This document shows, piece by piece, positions 16,333 through 24,000 of a DNA stretch of 24,000 nucleotides (its first letter is position 1; each line of letters begins with the position of its first letter). The DNA is from Candidatus Woesearchaeota archaeon (GTDB taxonomy: Archaea > Nanobdellota > Nanobdellia > Pacearchaeales > GW2011-AR1). Below the pieces are notes generated by a model that was not told where the DNA came from, ran no database searches, and saw only the letters and a program-made list of their open reading frames with translations. Made by a program: the position numbers and the translations under genes. The stretch covers positions 1-24,000 of the forward strand of contig CAZDCI010000009.1 in assembly GCA_964503975.1 (NCBI GenBank). Reading direction: 5' to 3'.

Positions 16333-16593
16333 TTAAATCAGGTCTTCTTCAGAAACAATTACAAAATCTCCTATTGCTATGATTGCACTGTAAGGAATTA
16401 AAAGTTCTTTGCTTCCTGTCCTCTCTAAATTAAGGTTTTTTGTGTAAGGTGTTGAGTCTTTAACAACTATACTAATAAGTTCTCCTGAACGGGTTTCAAA
16501 AGTAATGTCTTTAACAAAACCCAAACGTTTTCCTTCTTTGGTCACTATCATTTTTCCAAGAAGGGCGCTAAAAGGATTCTTACTCTGTTGCAT
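16333..16593 (-). CDS. PRC-barrel domain protein
   Basis: LLGKMIVTKEGKRLGFVKDITFETRSGELISIVV...IPYSAIIAIGDFVIV is the typical archaeal PRC-barrel pattern. Confidence 0.7.
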   Translation of the reverse strand: MQQSKNPFSALLGKMIVTKEGKRLGFVKDITFETRSGELISIVVKDSTPYTKNLNLERTGSKELLIPYSAIIAIGDFVIVSEEDLI

Positions 16594-16668
16594 ACCATAC
16601 CGAAATGAAAATGATATATAAAGTTTTCTGTGAAATTATATAGATGTATGAGTATATAGGAGTTCTTT

Positions 16669-16976
16669 GAAACCCCCTCACCCCTGCGTTTCGTCTGGAA
16701 AGGTTTTTAAACGGTTTTTAAATTTTTTATTTTTATTTTTTATTTATAAATTTTTATATTATATATTATATATATTATAAATTAAAATAGTAAGTAAAAG
16801 TAATCAAAAAGTTTTTTAGAAAAAAGAAGAGAAGCAAAAAAAGTGGACTTTTCCATCCGAAATAAAGGTGTTTTTCTTTTTTAGTAGTCATAATCTTTTA
16901 TATAATCAAACCATTTTGTCTCGTTAGTGTTTGGCAGCTAAGTAAGAAGTTCCATCCGAAATAAAGGTGTGGGGTT
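16669..16976. other. Chromosomal replication origin (oriC): inverted ORB boxes flanking an AT-rich unwinding element
   Basis: Left box at 16669-16703 on the minus sense (reverse complement TTCCAGACGAAACGCAGGGGTGAGGGGGTTTC). Almost pure A/T stretch at about 16704-16810. Two identical 21-nt boxes ttccatccgaaataaaggtgt at 16851-16871 and 16950-16970, the second followed by a GGGG string. Lies immediately upstream of cdc6/orc1. Confidence 0.85.
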
Positions 16977-16999
16977 TTAACGTTTTTGGAAAAAGTAAA

Positions 17000-18211
17000 A
17001 TGAAATCAGATTTAGACAAGATATTTGAAAACTTTGACGGGAACAGGATCTTTAAAAACAAGTCTATTTTACAAACAAACCACAAACCAGAGGAAATTCT
17101 TCATAGAAGCGAACAAATAAAACAAATGGCCTCAATCCTCGCGCCCGTTTTAAGGGGCGAAAGGACAAGCAACTTGTTTCTTTACGGAAAAACAGGAACA
17201 GGAAAAACGCTTTCTATCTCACACATAAAGGAAGAGCTTTTGAAAAGGAAGAAAAAAGAATCCGGATTTAAACTAAAAATAGAGTACCTTAATTGTAAGC
17301 TTCGCAAAATTTCAGACACGGAATACCGGATTCTTGCGGAACTCATAAGGAAGCTGGGAGGAAGCGTCCCGGAAACAGGGCTTCCAACAGAAACCGTTTA
17401 CAACAGGTTTATTGAATTAATCGACTCTGAGAAACAGTTTTTAGTTTTAATTCTTGATGAAATAGACCAGGCCGTTAAAAAAATTTCTAGCGACTTTCTT
17501 TATAATCTTACACGCTTAAACTCAGAGTTAGCAAAAACCCAGATAGCTATTGTGGGAATAAGCAATGATTTAACTTTTCTTGATGGTTTGGATCCGAGGG
17601 TAAGAAGTTCTTTGTCTGAAGAAGAGGTGGTTTTTCCACCTTACAATGCCTTACAGCTTCAAGAAATTTTAAGTAAGAGGTCGGAGAGCGCCTTCAAAGA
17701 AAACGTTTTAGAAGAAGGGGTGGTTTCAAAATGTGCTGCCTTTGCCGCGCGAGAACACGGGGATGCGAGAAGAGCCCTTGATTTGTTAAGGATTGCAGGA
17801 GAGCTAGCCGAAAGAGATGGAAACAAAAAAATACTTTTGAAATATATAGATGAAGCAAACACAAAAATAGAAAGGGATAAAATTTTAGATGTGATACGTA
17901 CCGAACCAAAACAATTCCAATATGTTTTACATTCAATAATAGGCTTACTAGAAAAAAACAATGGAGAACCGGTCTTTACAGGAGATGTTTATAATTTATA
18001 TCAGGAGGTTTGTTTGAGAAACAAAGAGTCCCCGCTAACCCAAAGGCGAGTAGGAGATATAATACAAGAGTTTGATATGCTTGGGATAATTAATGTAAGG
18101 GTTGTTTCAAAAGGAAGGGGTGGAAGGATGAGGGAAATAAAGCTAGCCATAGCAAAATCTGTTGTAGAAAAAGCGAAAGAAATAATAAAAGAATCAATAA
18201 CATATAAATGA
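17000..18211 (+). CDS. cdc6: Cdc6/Orc1 replication initiator
   Basis: Walker A LYGKTGTGKT, Walker B LVLILDEID, sensor 2 GDARRALDLLR, and a C-terminal winged helix. The track start at 16967 is a GTG inside the ORB box, so the ATG at 17000 (MKSDLDKIF) is preferred. Confidence 0.92.
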   Translation: MKSDLDKIFENFDGNRIFKNKSILQTNHKPEEILHRSEQIKQMASILAPVLRGERTSNLFLYGKTGTGKTLSISHIKEELLKRKKKESGFKLKIEYLNCKLRKISDTEYRILAELIRKLGGSVPETGLPTETVYNRFIELIDSEKQFLVLILDEIDQAVKKISSDFLYNLTRLNSELAKTQIAIVGISNDLTFLDGLDPRVRSSLSEEEVVFPPYNALQLQEILSKRSESAFKENVLEEGVVSKCAAFAAREHGDARRALDLLRIAGELAERDGNKKILLKYIDEANTKIERDKILDVIRTEPKQFQYVLHSIIGLLEKNNGEPVFTGDVYNLYQEVCLRNKESPLTQRRVGDIIQEFDMLGIINVRVVSKGRGGRMREIKLAIAKSVVEKAKEIIKESITYK

Positions 18212-18232
18212 TGTCAAAGCAGTTTAATATTC

Positions 18233-19801
18233 ATGGACCAAAAAGAAATTCTTAATCTTTGTTTGAAAGAAGGTGTTCTGTTAGATTCTGAAATACTTAA
18301 TTTATTTAGTGAGGAAAGCGAAGACCTTGAAGCAGTTAAATTAGTTTTGGAAAAAATAAAACAACATACCTCTGCAAGAGTTATCACTAAAAGTGTTCTG
18401 AAGGAACACAAAGAAGAAACGAACCGGGTTTTCACTACACTACCAGAAGACAAACAAAAAAAACTTGAGAAATTGAAGATAAAACTTGGTTTGCAGATAG
18501 AAATTTCTAAAGAAGTCATGTCTAAAGAAGCAGACAGGAGAAAAAATGAGACGGATGAAACATTTGTTAAGGTTCTTTCTAAACCACCCCTGACTAAAGA
18601 AAAAATTGAAGTGGGACATTTTATAAAAACCATGAGAGATAGGTTTTTGAGACTGAAAAACATCCTTCAGGAAAGACACGGGCTTGATGATTTAATTTCT
18701 ATAAACCGCCTGTCAAACCAAAGAAAAAAGGTTTCTATTTTAGGAATGGTTTCTGACAAAAGAACAACTAAAAACAAAAACTTGCTTCTTGAAGTTGAAG
18801 ATTTGACCGGAAGAGTGAGGATTTTAATAAACAACAATAAACCAGAGCTGTTTGAGCAAGGAGAAGAACTTCCTTTGGATGCTGTTGTGGGGTTTAGCGG
18901 GTTTGGGGACAGAGAAATACTTTTTGCGAATAAAGTGGTTTTACCTGAAGCCCGTTTGCATGAAAGAAAAAAAAGCCCCGCAGATGAAGCAGTTTTATTC
19001 ATTGGAGATTTGCATTTTGGAAGCAAACTTTTTATGAAAGAAAATTTCATGAAGTTTATAGATTATCTTAACGGGAAAACGAATGCACCCAAGGAGGAAG
19101 TGGAGAATATAAAGTATTTGTTTATTGTAGGGGACGCAATTTCTGGTGTCGGGGTTTATCCCGGACAGGACAAGGATTTGGAGACAATAGATATAGAAGA
19201 ACAGTATCAAAAGCTTGCGGAAATTTTAGGGAAGATACGTAAAGACATAAAGATAATTATTTCTCCCGGGAATCATGATGGGGTTCGTTTGATGGAACCC
19301 CAACCAATGCTTGATGAAAAATATGCGTGGCCCCTTTATAATATGGAAAATGTTATCCTCACAGCAAACCCCTCATACGTAAACATTGGTGCAAAAAAAG
19401 AAAAAAACTTTGAAGGCTTCAATGTTTTAACCTATCATGGTTTCTCTTATCCTTATTACGGGAATAACATCCCTTCCTTGGTTTCTTCCGGTTTTAACGC
19501 CCCCGAAAAAATAATGACATATCTTTTAAAGCACCGTCATTTGGCTCCGAGTTTCGGTTCAAATCAAACCCTGCCTTTAGGAAAAGATAACATGATTATA
19601 GACAAGATACCTGATGTTTTAGTTTCGGGACACTCACACAAATGCGCGATTACACACCATAATAATATATTAATTGTATCCGGAAGCTCGTGGGAAGAAG
19701 AAAGCGAGTATCAAAAACGCAAGGGAAACCAGCCTGACTTTTGCAAGGTACCGATGCTCAATTTAAAAACACGGGAGGTAAAACTTTTGGATTTTGAGTG
19801 A
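18233..19801 (+). CDS. polB: DNA polymerase II (family D) small subunit DP1
   Basis: Calcineurin-like phosphoesterase motifs GDLHFGS, GDAISG, GNHD and GHSH, with an N-terminal helical domain. Located between cdc6 and DP2, as in Euryarchaeota. Confidence 0.92.
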   Translation: MDQKEILNLCLKEGVLLDSEILNLFSEESEDLEAVKLVLEKIKQHTSARVITKSVLKEHKEETNRVFTTLPEDKQKKLEKLKIKLGLQIEISKEVMSKEADRRKNETDETFVKVLSKPPLTKEKIEVGHFIKTMRDRFLRLKNILQERHGLDDLISINRLSNQRKKVSILGMVSDKRTTKNKNLLLEVEDLTGRVRILINNNKPELFEQGEELPLDAVVGFSGFGDREILFANKVVLPEARLHERKKSPADEAVLFIGDLHFGSKLFMKENFMKFIDYLNGKTNAPKEEVENIKYLFIVGDAISGVGVYPGQDKDLETIDIEEQYQKLAEILGKIRKDIKIIISPGNHDGVRLMEPQPMLDEKYAWPLYNMENVILTANPSYVNIGAKKEKNFEGFNVLTYHGFSYPYYGNNIPSLVSSGFNAPEKIMTYLLKHRHLAPSFGSNQTLPLGKDNMIIDKIPDVLVSGHSHKCAITHHNNILIVSGSSWEEESEYQKRKGNQPDFCKVPMLNLKTREVKLLDFE

Positions 19802-19802
19802 A

Positions 19803-20405
19803 ATGGAAGTAAAAACTAAATCAATAGAAGCAGGAGAAAATAACATAGGAATAGAAATCATGAATTTTGTAGAAAAAGAATCTTTTAGACGAGATAAAGG
19901 GTTTCATAAGGAATGGATGAAACATTTAAGAGATGTGGCTGAAAATTCTTTGGAGATGGCTGAAAAACTAAATGCAGACAAAGAGGCACTCTTTTTATCT
20001 GCTTGGCTACATGATGTAGGGAATATTTTTTATCACAGGAAGGAAGACCACCACATAACGGGAGCTAAGATAGCAGAGAAGAAACTAAGAGAACTGGGTT
20101 ATCCTGAAGAAAAAGTACAGGAAGTGAAACATTGTATTTATAGTCACAGGGCCTCAAAAAAAATTCTCCGGGAGAGCAAAGAAGCACAAATTCTTGCTGA
20201 CGCAGATTCCTTGGCACACTTCGTAGAGTATGAGATGCTTGTTAAAGCAGAACATGTTTTAGGACACGAACGGGATGAGGAAAAAGCAAGAAAGAATGTA
20301 GAGGCGAAGATGGTTCGTTCTTGGAATCGTTTATCTGATGAAGGAAAAAACTTCGCCAAAGAAAAATATCCTAAAATATTAAACAGGCTAGAGATATTAA
20401 AATGA
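19803..20405 (+). CDS. HD-domain phosphohydrolase
   Basis: AWLHDVGN (HD motif) plus downstream His/Asp residues (HCIYSH, DADSLAH). ATG at 19803, 2 nt after the DP1 stop. The stop overlaps the DP2 start (ATGA). Confidence 0.8.
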   Translation: MEVKTKSIEAGENNIGIEIMNFVEKESFRRDKGFHKEWMKHLRDVAENSLEMAEKLNADKEALFLSAWLHDVGNIFYHRKEDHHITGAKIAEKKLRELGYPEEKVQEVKHCIYSHRASKKILRESKEAQILADADSLAHFVEYEMLVKAEHVLGHERDEEKARKNVEAKMVRSWNRLSDEGKNFAKEKYPKILNRLEILK

Positions 20406-23400
20406 ACACTAAAAATTATTTTAAAGAGATTGAAAAAGAAACAAATAAAGTTTACAATGTTGCGAGAAAAGCCCGTGCGCTTGGACTTGATCCTGTGGAT
20501 AAAGTTGAGATTCCTTTAGCAAGGAGCCTTGCAGAAAAAGTCGTGAGTTTGATAGCTGCGGTATATCCTCAGATGGAAGGCTCAGGAATAGTAAAAAGGA
20601 TTCTTGAACTTGAAAAAAAATATGGGAAGTTAGACACGACGATAGCTTTTGTCATTGCTGAAGAAGTCGCAAAACAAAAATACTGCAAGTTTTCTTCGTT
20701 GTTGGAGGCAATTGAAGCGGGAACAAGGATAGGTTTTGCTTACATAACCTTGGGAGTGGTTTCTTCGCCAATAGAAGGCTTTACTCGTTTGGAGATAAAA
20801 AAAACACGTCAGGGAAAGGAGTATCTTGAAGCTTTTTTTTCAGGACCTATAAGGAGCGCGGGAACGACTGCGAGCTGTGTCGCTTTAATGTTAATAGATT
20901 ATTTGAGAGAGGTTTTTGGGTACGTGAAATACGATCCTACAGAAGAAGAAATAAAAAGATATTGGGTTGAAAATCTTGATTATCATGACCGCATAACAAA
21001 CTTACAGTATATGCCTACTGAAGAAGAGGTTTTGTTCCTTGCAAAAAATCTCCCCATACAAATTTCAGGAGAGCCCACAACAAAGAAAGAAGTTTCAAAC
21101 TATAAAAATCTTGAAAGGGTTGAAACAGATTACATTAGAGGAGGAATGTGCCTTATTTTCTCCGAAGGGTTGGCACAGAAAGCCGCAAAAGGTTTCCGTT
21201 TGCTGAACAAGGCAAAAAAAGACGGAATCAAATCAAGCGGGTTTGATTTTTTGAAAGAGTATATTGAGCTGCATGAAAAAAGAGAGAAAGGAAAAACAGA
21301 CAGTTCCCCAACATACATAAAAGACTTGGTTGCAGGGAGGCCTGTTTTCGGGCATCCGGGAGAATCGGGGGCTTTTAGGTTTAGATACGGACGTTCCAGA
21401 GTGAGCGGGTTTAGCGCTTTTTCGTTACATCCTGCAACAATGGCGATTACAGACAGCTTCATTGCAACAGGCACTCAGTTAAAAATTGAAAAGCCCACAA
21501 AAGGAGGGGTGGCAACCGCATGCGATAGTATTGATGGGCCTATTGTTAAACTTTTTAATGGAAGCGTAGTTAAAGTTAAAGATGAAAAACACGCCAAAGA
21601 GATTTATCCTGATGTTGAAGAAATAATCTATCTTGGAGACATCTTGTTTCCTTTAAGCGATATAATAAACCGTAATGCTAAACTCATCAAACCAGGATAT
21701 GTTGAAGAAATCTGGAAACTTGAGCTAAGAGAAAAATCCCCTGAACGGGAAAAACAGACGGACGCTTTTAGTGTTGATTTTGAAGAAGCAGTAAAGATTT
21801 CCAGAGAAAAGCGTGTTTCCTTACATCCAAAATATATATTTTACTGGAACCAAATTTCAAAAGAACAATTTTTGAATTTTTTGGAATGGCTCAAAAAGGC
21901 AAAAACAGAGAAAAAACTAATTTTTCCTTACACAAAAAAAGAACAGGAAAAATTTTCTAAAGGAAAAAGGGCCCTGGAACTTCTTGGAGTGGAGCACAGA
22001 GTGGCGATTGAACATGTGGTTATCAATGAAGAAGATAGCAAAGCATTGCTGGCCAATTTGGGATTGGACTGGAAGCTCCTTGAAGGAGAGAATTTGAAAG
22101 AAAAATTAGAAAAACTGAATCTTGAAAAGGAAGATGTTTTGCAGATAGTTAATTCAAACTCTGAGTTTGAGATACGTGATAAAGCAGGAGAATTTATTGG
22201 TACGAGAATGGGGCGTCCGGAAAAAGGAAAGTTGAGAAAGCTTACAGGAAGCCCGAATACTCTTTTTGTTGTTGGGAAAGAAGGAGGGAGGATGAGAAGT
22301 GTTAATGATGCCTGCGAAAGAGGCACGGTTACGGGAGAGTTTCCGGTGTTTTATTGTGAAAAGTGCAAAGAAGAAAAAATTTATCCTCGTTGCGAAACTT
22401 GTGGTGAAAAAACAAAAAAGATGTTTTATTGCAGACAATGCAGAGAGACACACGATAAAAAATGTGAAAAACATCCTGAAAAATCAACCCCTCATCATTA
22501 CAGGAAGCTTTCTATTAAAAAGTATTTTGACAAGGCTGTTGAAAGGCTTGGTTTGATAAATCATGAAATCCCGCAATTAGTTAAGGGAGTGAGAGGAACA
22601 AGCTCAGATAGCCATGTTGTTGAAAATCTGGCTAAAGGAATATTACGCTCGGCTTTTGATTTGCAAGTCAATAAAGACGGAACCATTAGGTTTGATGCTA
22701 CCGAGTTACCCTTCGTTTCTTTCAAACCAAAAGAGGTTTCTGTTAGTATAGAAAAACTAAAAGAGCTGGGATATGACAAAGATATCCATGGGAAAGAGCT
22801 TAAAGACGAAGAGCAAATTCTTGAGTTGATGCCCCATGATGTTATTTTACCAAGCCCTTCAGAGATTCCTGAAGCTCGAGCAGATAAAATATTTATGAAT
22901 GTCTCGAGTTTTGTAGATGAGCTTTTAACAAGATTTTACAAACTTCCGGGTTTTTACAACGCGAAAAAAAGAGAAGATCTTGTTGGACATTTAGGAGTGT
23001 GTATGGCACCTCACAATTGTGCAGGAGTAATCTGCCGTATAATTGGTTTCTCTGAGGTTCTTGGATTATTTGCGAGTCCTTACATGCACGCTGCAATAAG
23101 AAGAGACTGTGTGCATCCAAAAACGAAATTTTTCTACTTCAACGAAGATACTAATGAGATATTTTATAATAATATAGGAGAGTATGTTGAAGGTTTAATT
23201 GAGAAAGGGGCAAAAACAAAAATAATTGATTCCCATGGAACAATATCCGTAGAAAACAAAGAGAACATATTCGCAGTGGGCATTGATCCTGAGACGCACG
23301 ATCTTAAGAAAAAAAGAATAAAATATTTTGTCAAAGGACCTAAAAAAGCAGAATGGGTCAGAATAACTACTGCAACAAACAGAGAATACATAATGACCCC

Positions 23401-24000
23401 CACCCACAAATTTATGCATATTGAAGATGGAGATTTTAAATTTAAAGATGCAAAAGAAATTAGGGTTGATGACAAGCTTCCTGTTTTAGAAAAGATGAAT
23501 ATTGAAACAGGGTTGGAGGAAATTAATCTTGTTCAATTATTTAAAAATAACCTGTCAGAAAAACAACAAAAAAATATCTTGGTTTTGAAAGAGGGAAATG
23601 AAACCGAATTAACAGATTTTAACGAAGCAGGAACTAACGAAAACGTTTGCCTGAGACACAAATTTTCAAAACATATTTTACAGGCAAACTTCAAAATAAC
23701 CCCTGAATTTGTAAGACTTCTTGGATATTATGCTGCAGAAGGACACTCTAGGAGAAACGGGCGGGTAAGCCAAGTAAGCTTTAGAATTTGTGACAAAAAT
23801 ATGCAAAACCATGTTATAGATCTGATAGAAGAAGTTTTTATGAAATCTCCAAACCTTGCAGAAGACAATAGCAAGATAACTATTTGCAGCAAAATTGTTT
23901 ATTATCTTTTTAGTGCACTTGGGTGTGGAAAAGGAGCGTATAAAAAAAGAGTCCCTCTTTTTGTTTTTGGCTTAAAAAAGGAACAAGCAAAAGAATTCAT
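20402..24000 (+). CDS. polC: DNA polymerase II (family D) large subunit DP2, intein-containing, 3' end beyond the window
   Basis: Not in the ORF track because it is open-ended. My translation from the ATG at 20402 gives MNTKNYFKEIEKETNKVYNVARKARALGLDP...GRPVFGHPGESGAFRFRYGRSR...RMGRPEKG..., then a Cys-rich zinc module and ...CMAPHNCAGVICRIIGF...PYMHAAIRRD. No in-frame stop up to 24000. Confidence 0.92.
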   Translation, partial: MNTKNYFKEIEKETNKVYNVARKARALGLDPVDKVEIPLARSLAEKVVSLIAAVYPQMEGSGIVKRILELEKKYGKLDTTIAFVIAEEVAKQKYCKFSSLLEAIEAGTRIGFAYITLGVVSSPIEGFTRLEIKKTRQGKEYLEAFFSGPIRSAGTTASCVALMLIDYLREVFGYVKYDPTEEEIKRYWVENLDYHDRITNLQYMPTEEEVLFLAKNLPIQISGEPTTKKEVSNYKNLERVETDYIRGGMCLIFSEGLAQKAAKGFRLLNKAKKDGIKSSGFDFLKEYIELHEKREKGKTDSSPTYIKDLVAGRPVFGHPGESGAFRFRYGRSRVSGFSAFSLHPATMAITDSFIATGTQLKIEKPTKGGVATACDSIDGPIVKLFNGSVVKVKDEKHAKEIYPDVEEIIYLGDILFPLSDIINRNAKLIKPGYVEEIWKLELREKSPEREKQTDAFSVDFEEAVKISREKRVSLHPKYIFYWNQISKEQFLNFLEWLKKAKTEKKLIFPYTKKEQEKFSKGKRALELLGVEHRVAIEHVVINEEDSKALLANLGLDWKLLEGENLKEKLEKLNLEKEDVLQIVNSNSEFEIRDKAGEFIGTRMGRPEKGKLRKLTGSPNTLFVVGKEGGRMRSVNDACERGTVTGEFPVFYCEKCKEEKIYPRCETCGEKTKKMFYCRQCRETHDKKCEKHPEKSTPHHYRKLSIKKYFDKAVERLGLINHEIPQLVKGVRGTSSDSHVVENLAKGILRSAFDLQVNKDGTIRFDATELPFVSFKPKEVSVSIEKLKELGYDKDIHGKELKDEEQILELMPHDVILPSPSEIPEARADKIFMNVSSFVDELLTRFYKLPGFYNAKKREDLVGHLGVCMAPHNCAGVICRIIGFSEVLGLFASPYMHAAIRRDCVHPKTKFFYFNEDTNEIFYNNIGEYVEGLIEKGAKTKIIDSHGTISVENKENIFAVGIDPETHDLKKKRIKYFVKGPKKAEWVRITTATNREYIMTPTHKFMHIEDGDFKFKDAKEIRVDDKLPVLEKMNIETGLEEINLVQLFKNNLSEKQQKNILVLKEGNETELTDFNEAGTNENVCLRHKFSKHILQANFKITPEFVRLLGYYAAEGHSRRNGRVSQVSFRICDKNMQNHVIDLIEEVFMKSPNLAEDNSKITICSKIVYYLFSALGCGKGAYKKRVPLFVFGLKKEQAKEF
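23108..24000 (+). mobile_element. Intein with LAGLIDADG homing-endonuclease domain inserted in DP2 (continues beyond the window)
   Basis: The extein sequence HAAIRRD is followed by Cys (23108) instead of the conserved CDGDED continuation. Intein block A is CVHPKTKFFYF. Block B is MTPTHKF. The LAGLIDADG motif is FVRLLGYYAAEGHS (about 23711-23750). Confidence 0.85.

Noticed and set aside
19550-19575. tRNA T-arm-like string ggttcaaatc.
   Set aside because: It lies inside the DP1 coding frame, and no acceptor or anticodon stems can be built around it.
21130-23475. Track ORFs inside the DP2 gene: 21130-21474, 21928-22326, 22154-22474, 22299-22556, 22561-22779, 22893-23120, 23164-23475 and 23195-23419.
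   Set aside because: All are antisense or out of frame relative to the continuous, motif-rich DP2/intein reading frame that starts at 20402.

Overview
AT-rich archaeal chromosomal segment (roughly 30% GC judged by eye). Archaeal origin is supported by a Cdc6/Orc1 gene, both subunits of family-D DNA polymerase, and ORB-type origin boxes. The lysine-rich small proteins and many bacterial-type accessory genes suggest a DPANN-like or similarly reduced lineage, but taxonomy cannot be settled from sequence alone. The window has four parts. (1) 1-7214 is an accessory, defence-like stretch: an AbrB-like gene fragment, small phage-flavoured ORFs, an AbiE-like wHTH/nucleotidyltransferase pair with a perfect 24-bp palindrome over its start codon, RadC, an orphan Cas4-like Fe-S nuclease with a long C-terminal extension, and a wHTH/PIN-like pair. 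(2) 7312-11982 is an isoprenoid-flavoured neighbourhood: an Excalibur protein, type-1 IPP isomerase, a GC-rich structured intergenic region, a divergent cis-prenyltransferase, a 314-aa protein with the squalene-hopene-cyclase DxDDTA motif, a TrmB regulator and an APH-type kinase. (3) 12665-15500 is a repeat-dense region with two convergent paralogous genes (coiled-coil, low-complexity linker, C-terminal wHTH). Their linker DNA carries palindromic AAACAG-G-CTGTTT motifs, a 39/40-nt direct repeat, a (GACA)7 tetranucleotide tract, extra ORB-like boxes, and iteron-like repeats between the genes. I consider this the best candidate for an undescribed system. (4) 16669-24000 is a textbook oriC (inverted ORBs around an AT-rich unwinding element) followed by cdc6, PolD small subunit, an HD hydrolase and PolD large subunit. 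The large subunit is interrupted at its catalytic site by a LAGLIDADG intein and runs off the window. All calls rest on reading the ORF translations and the DNA by eye. No database search or folding was run.
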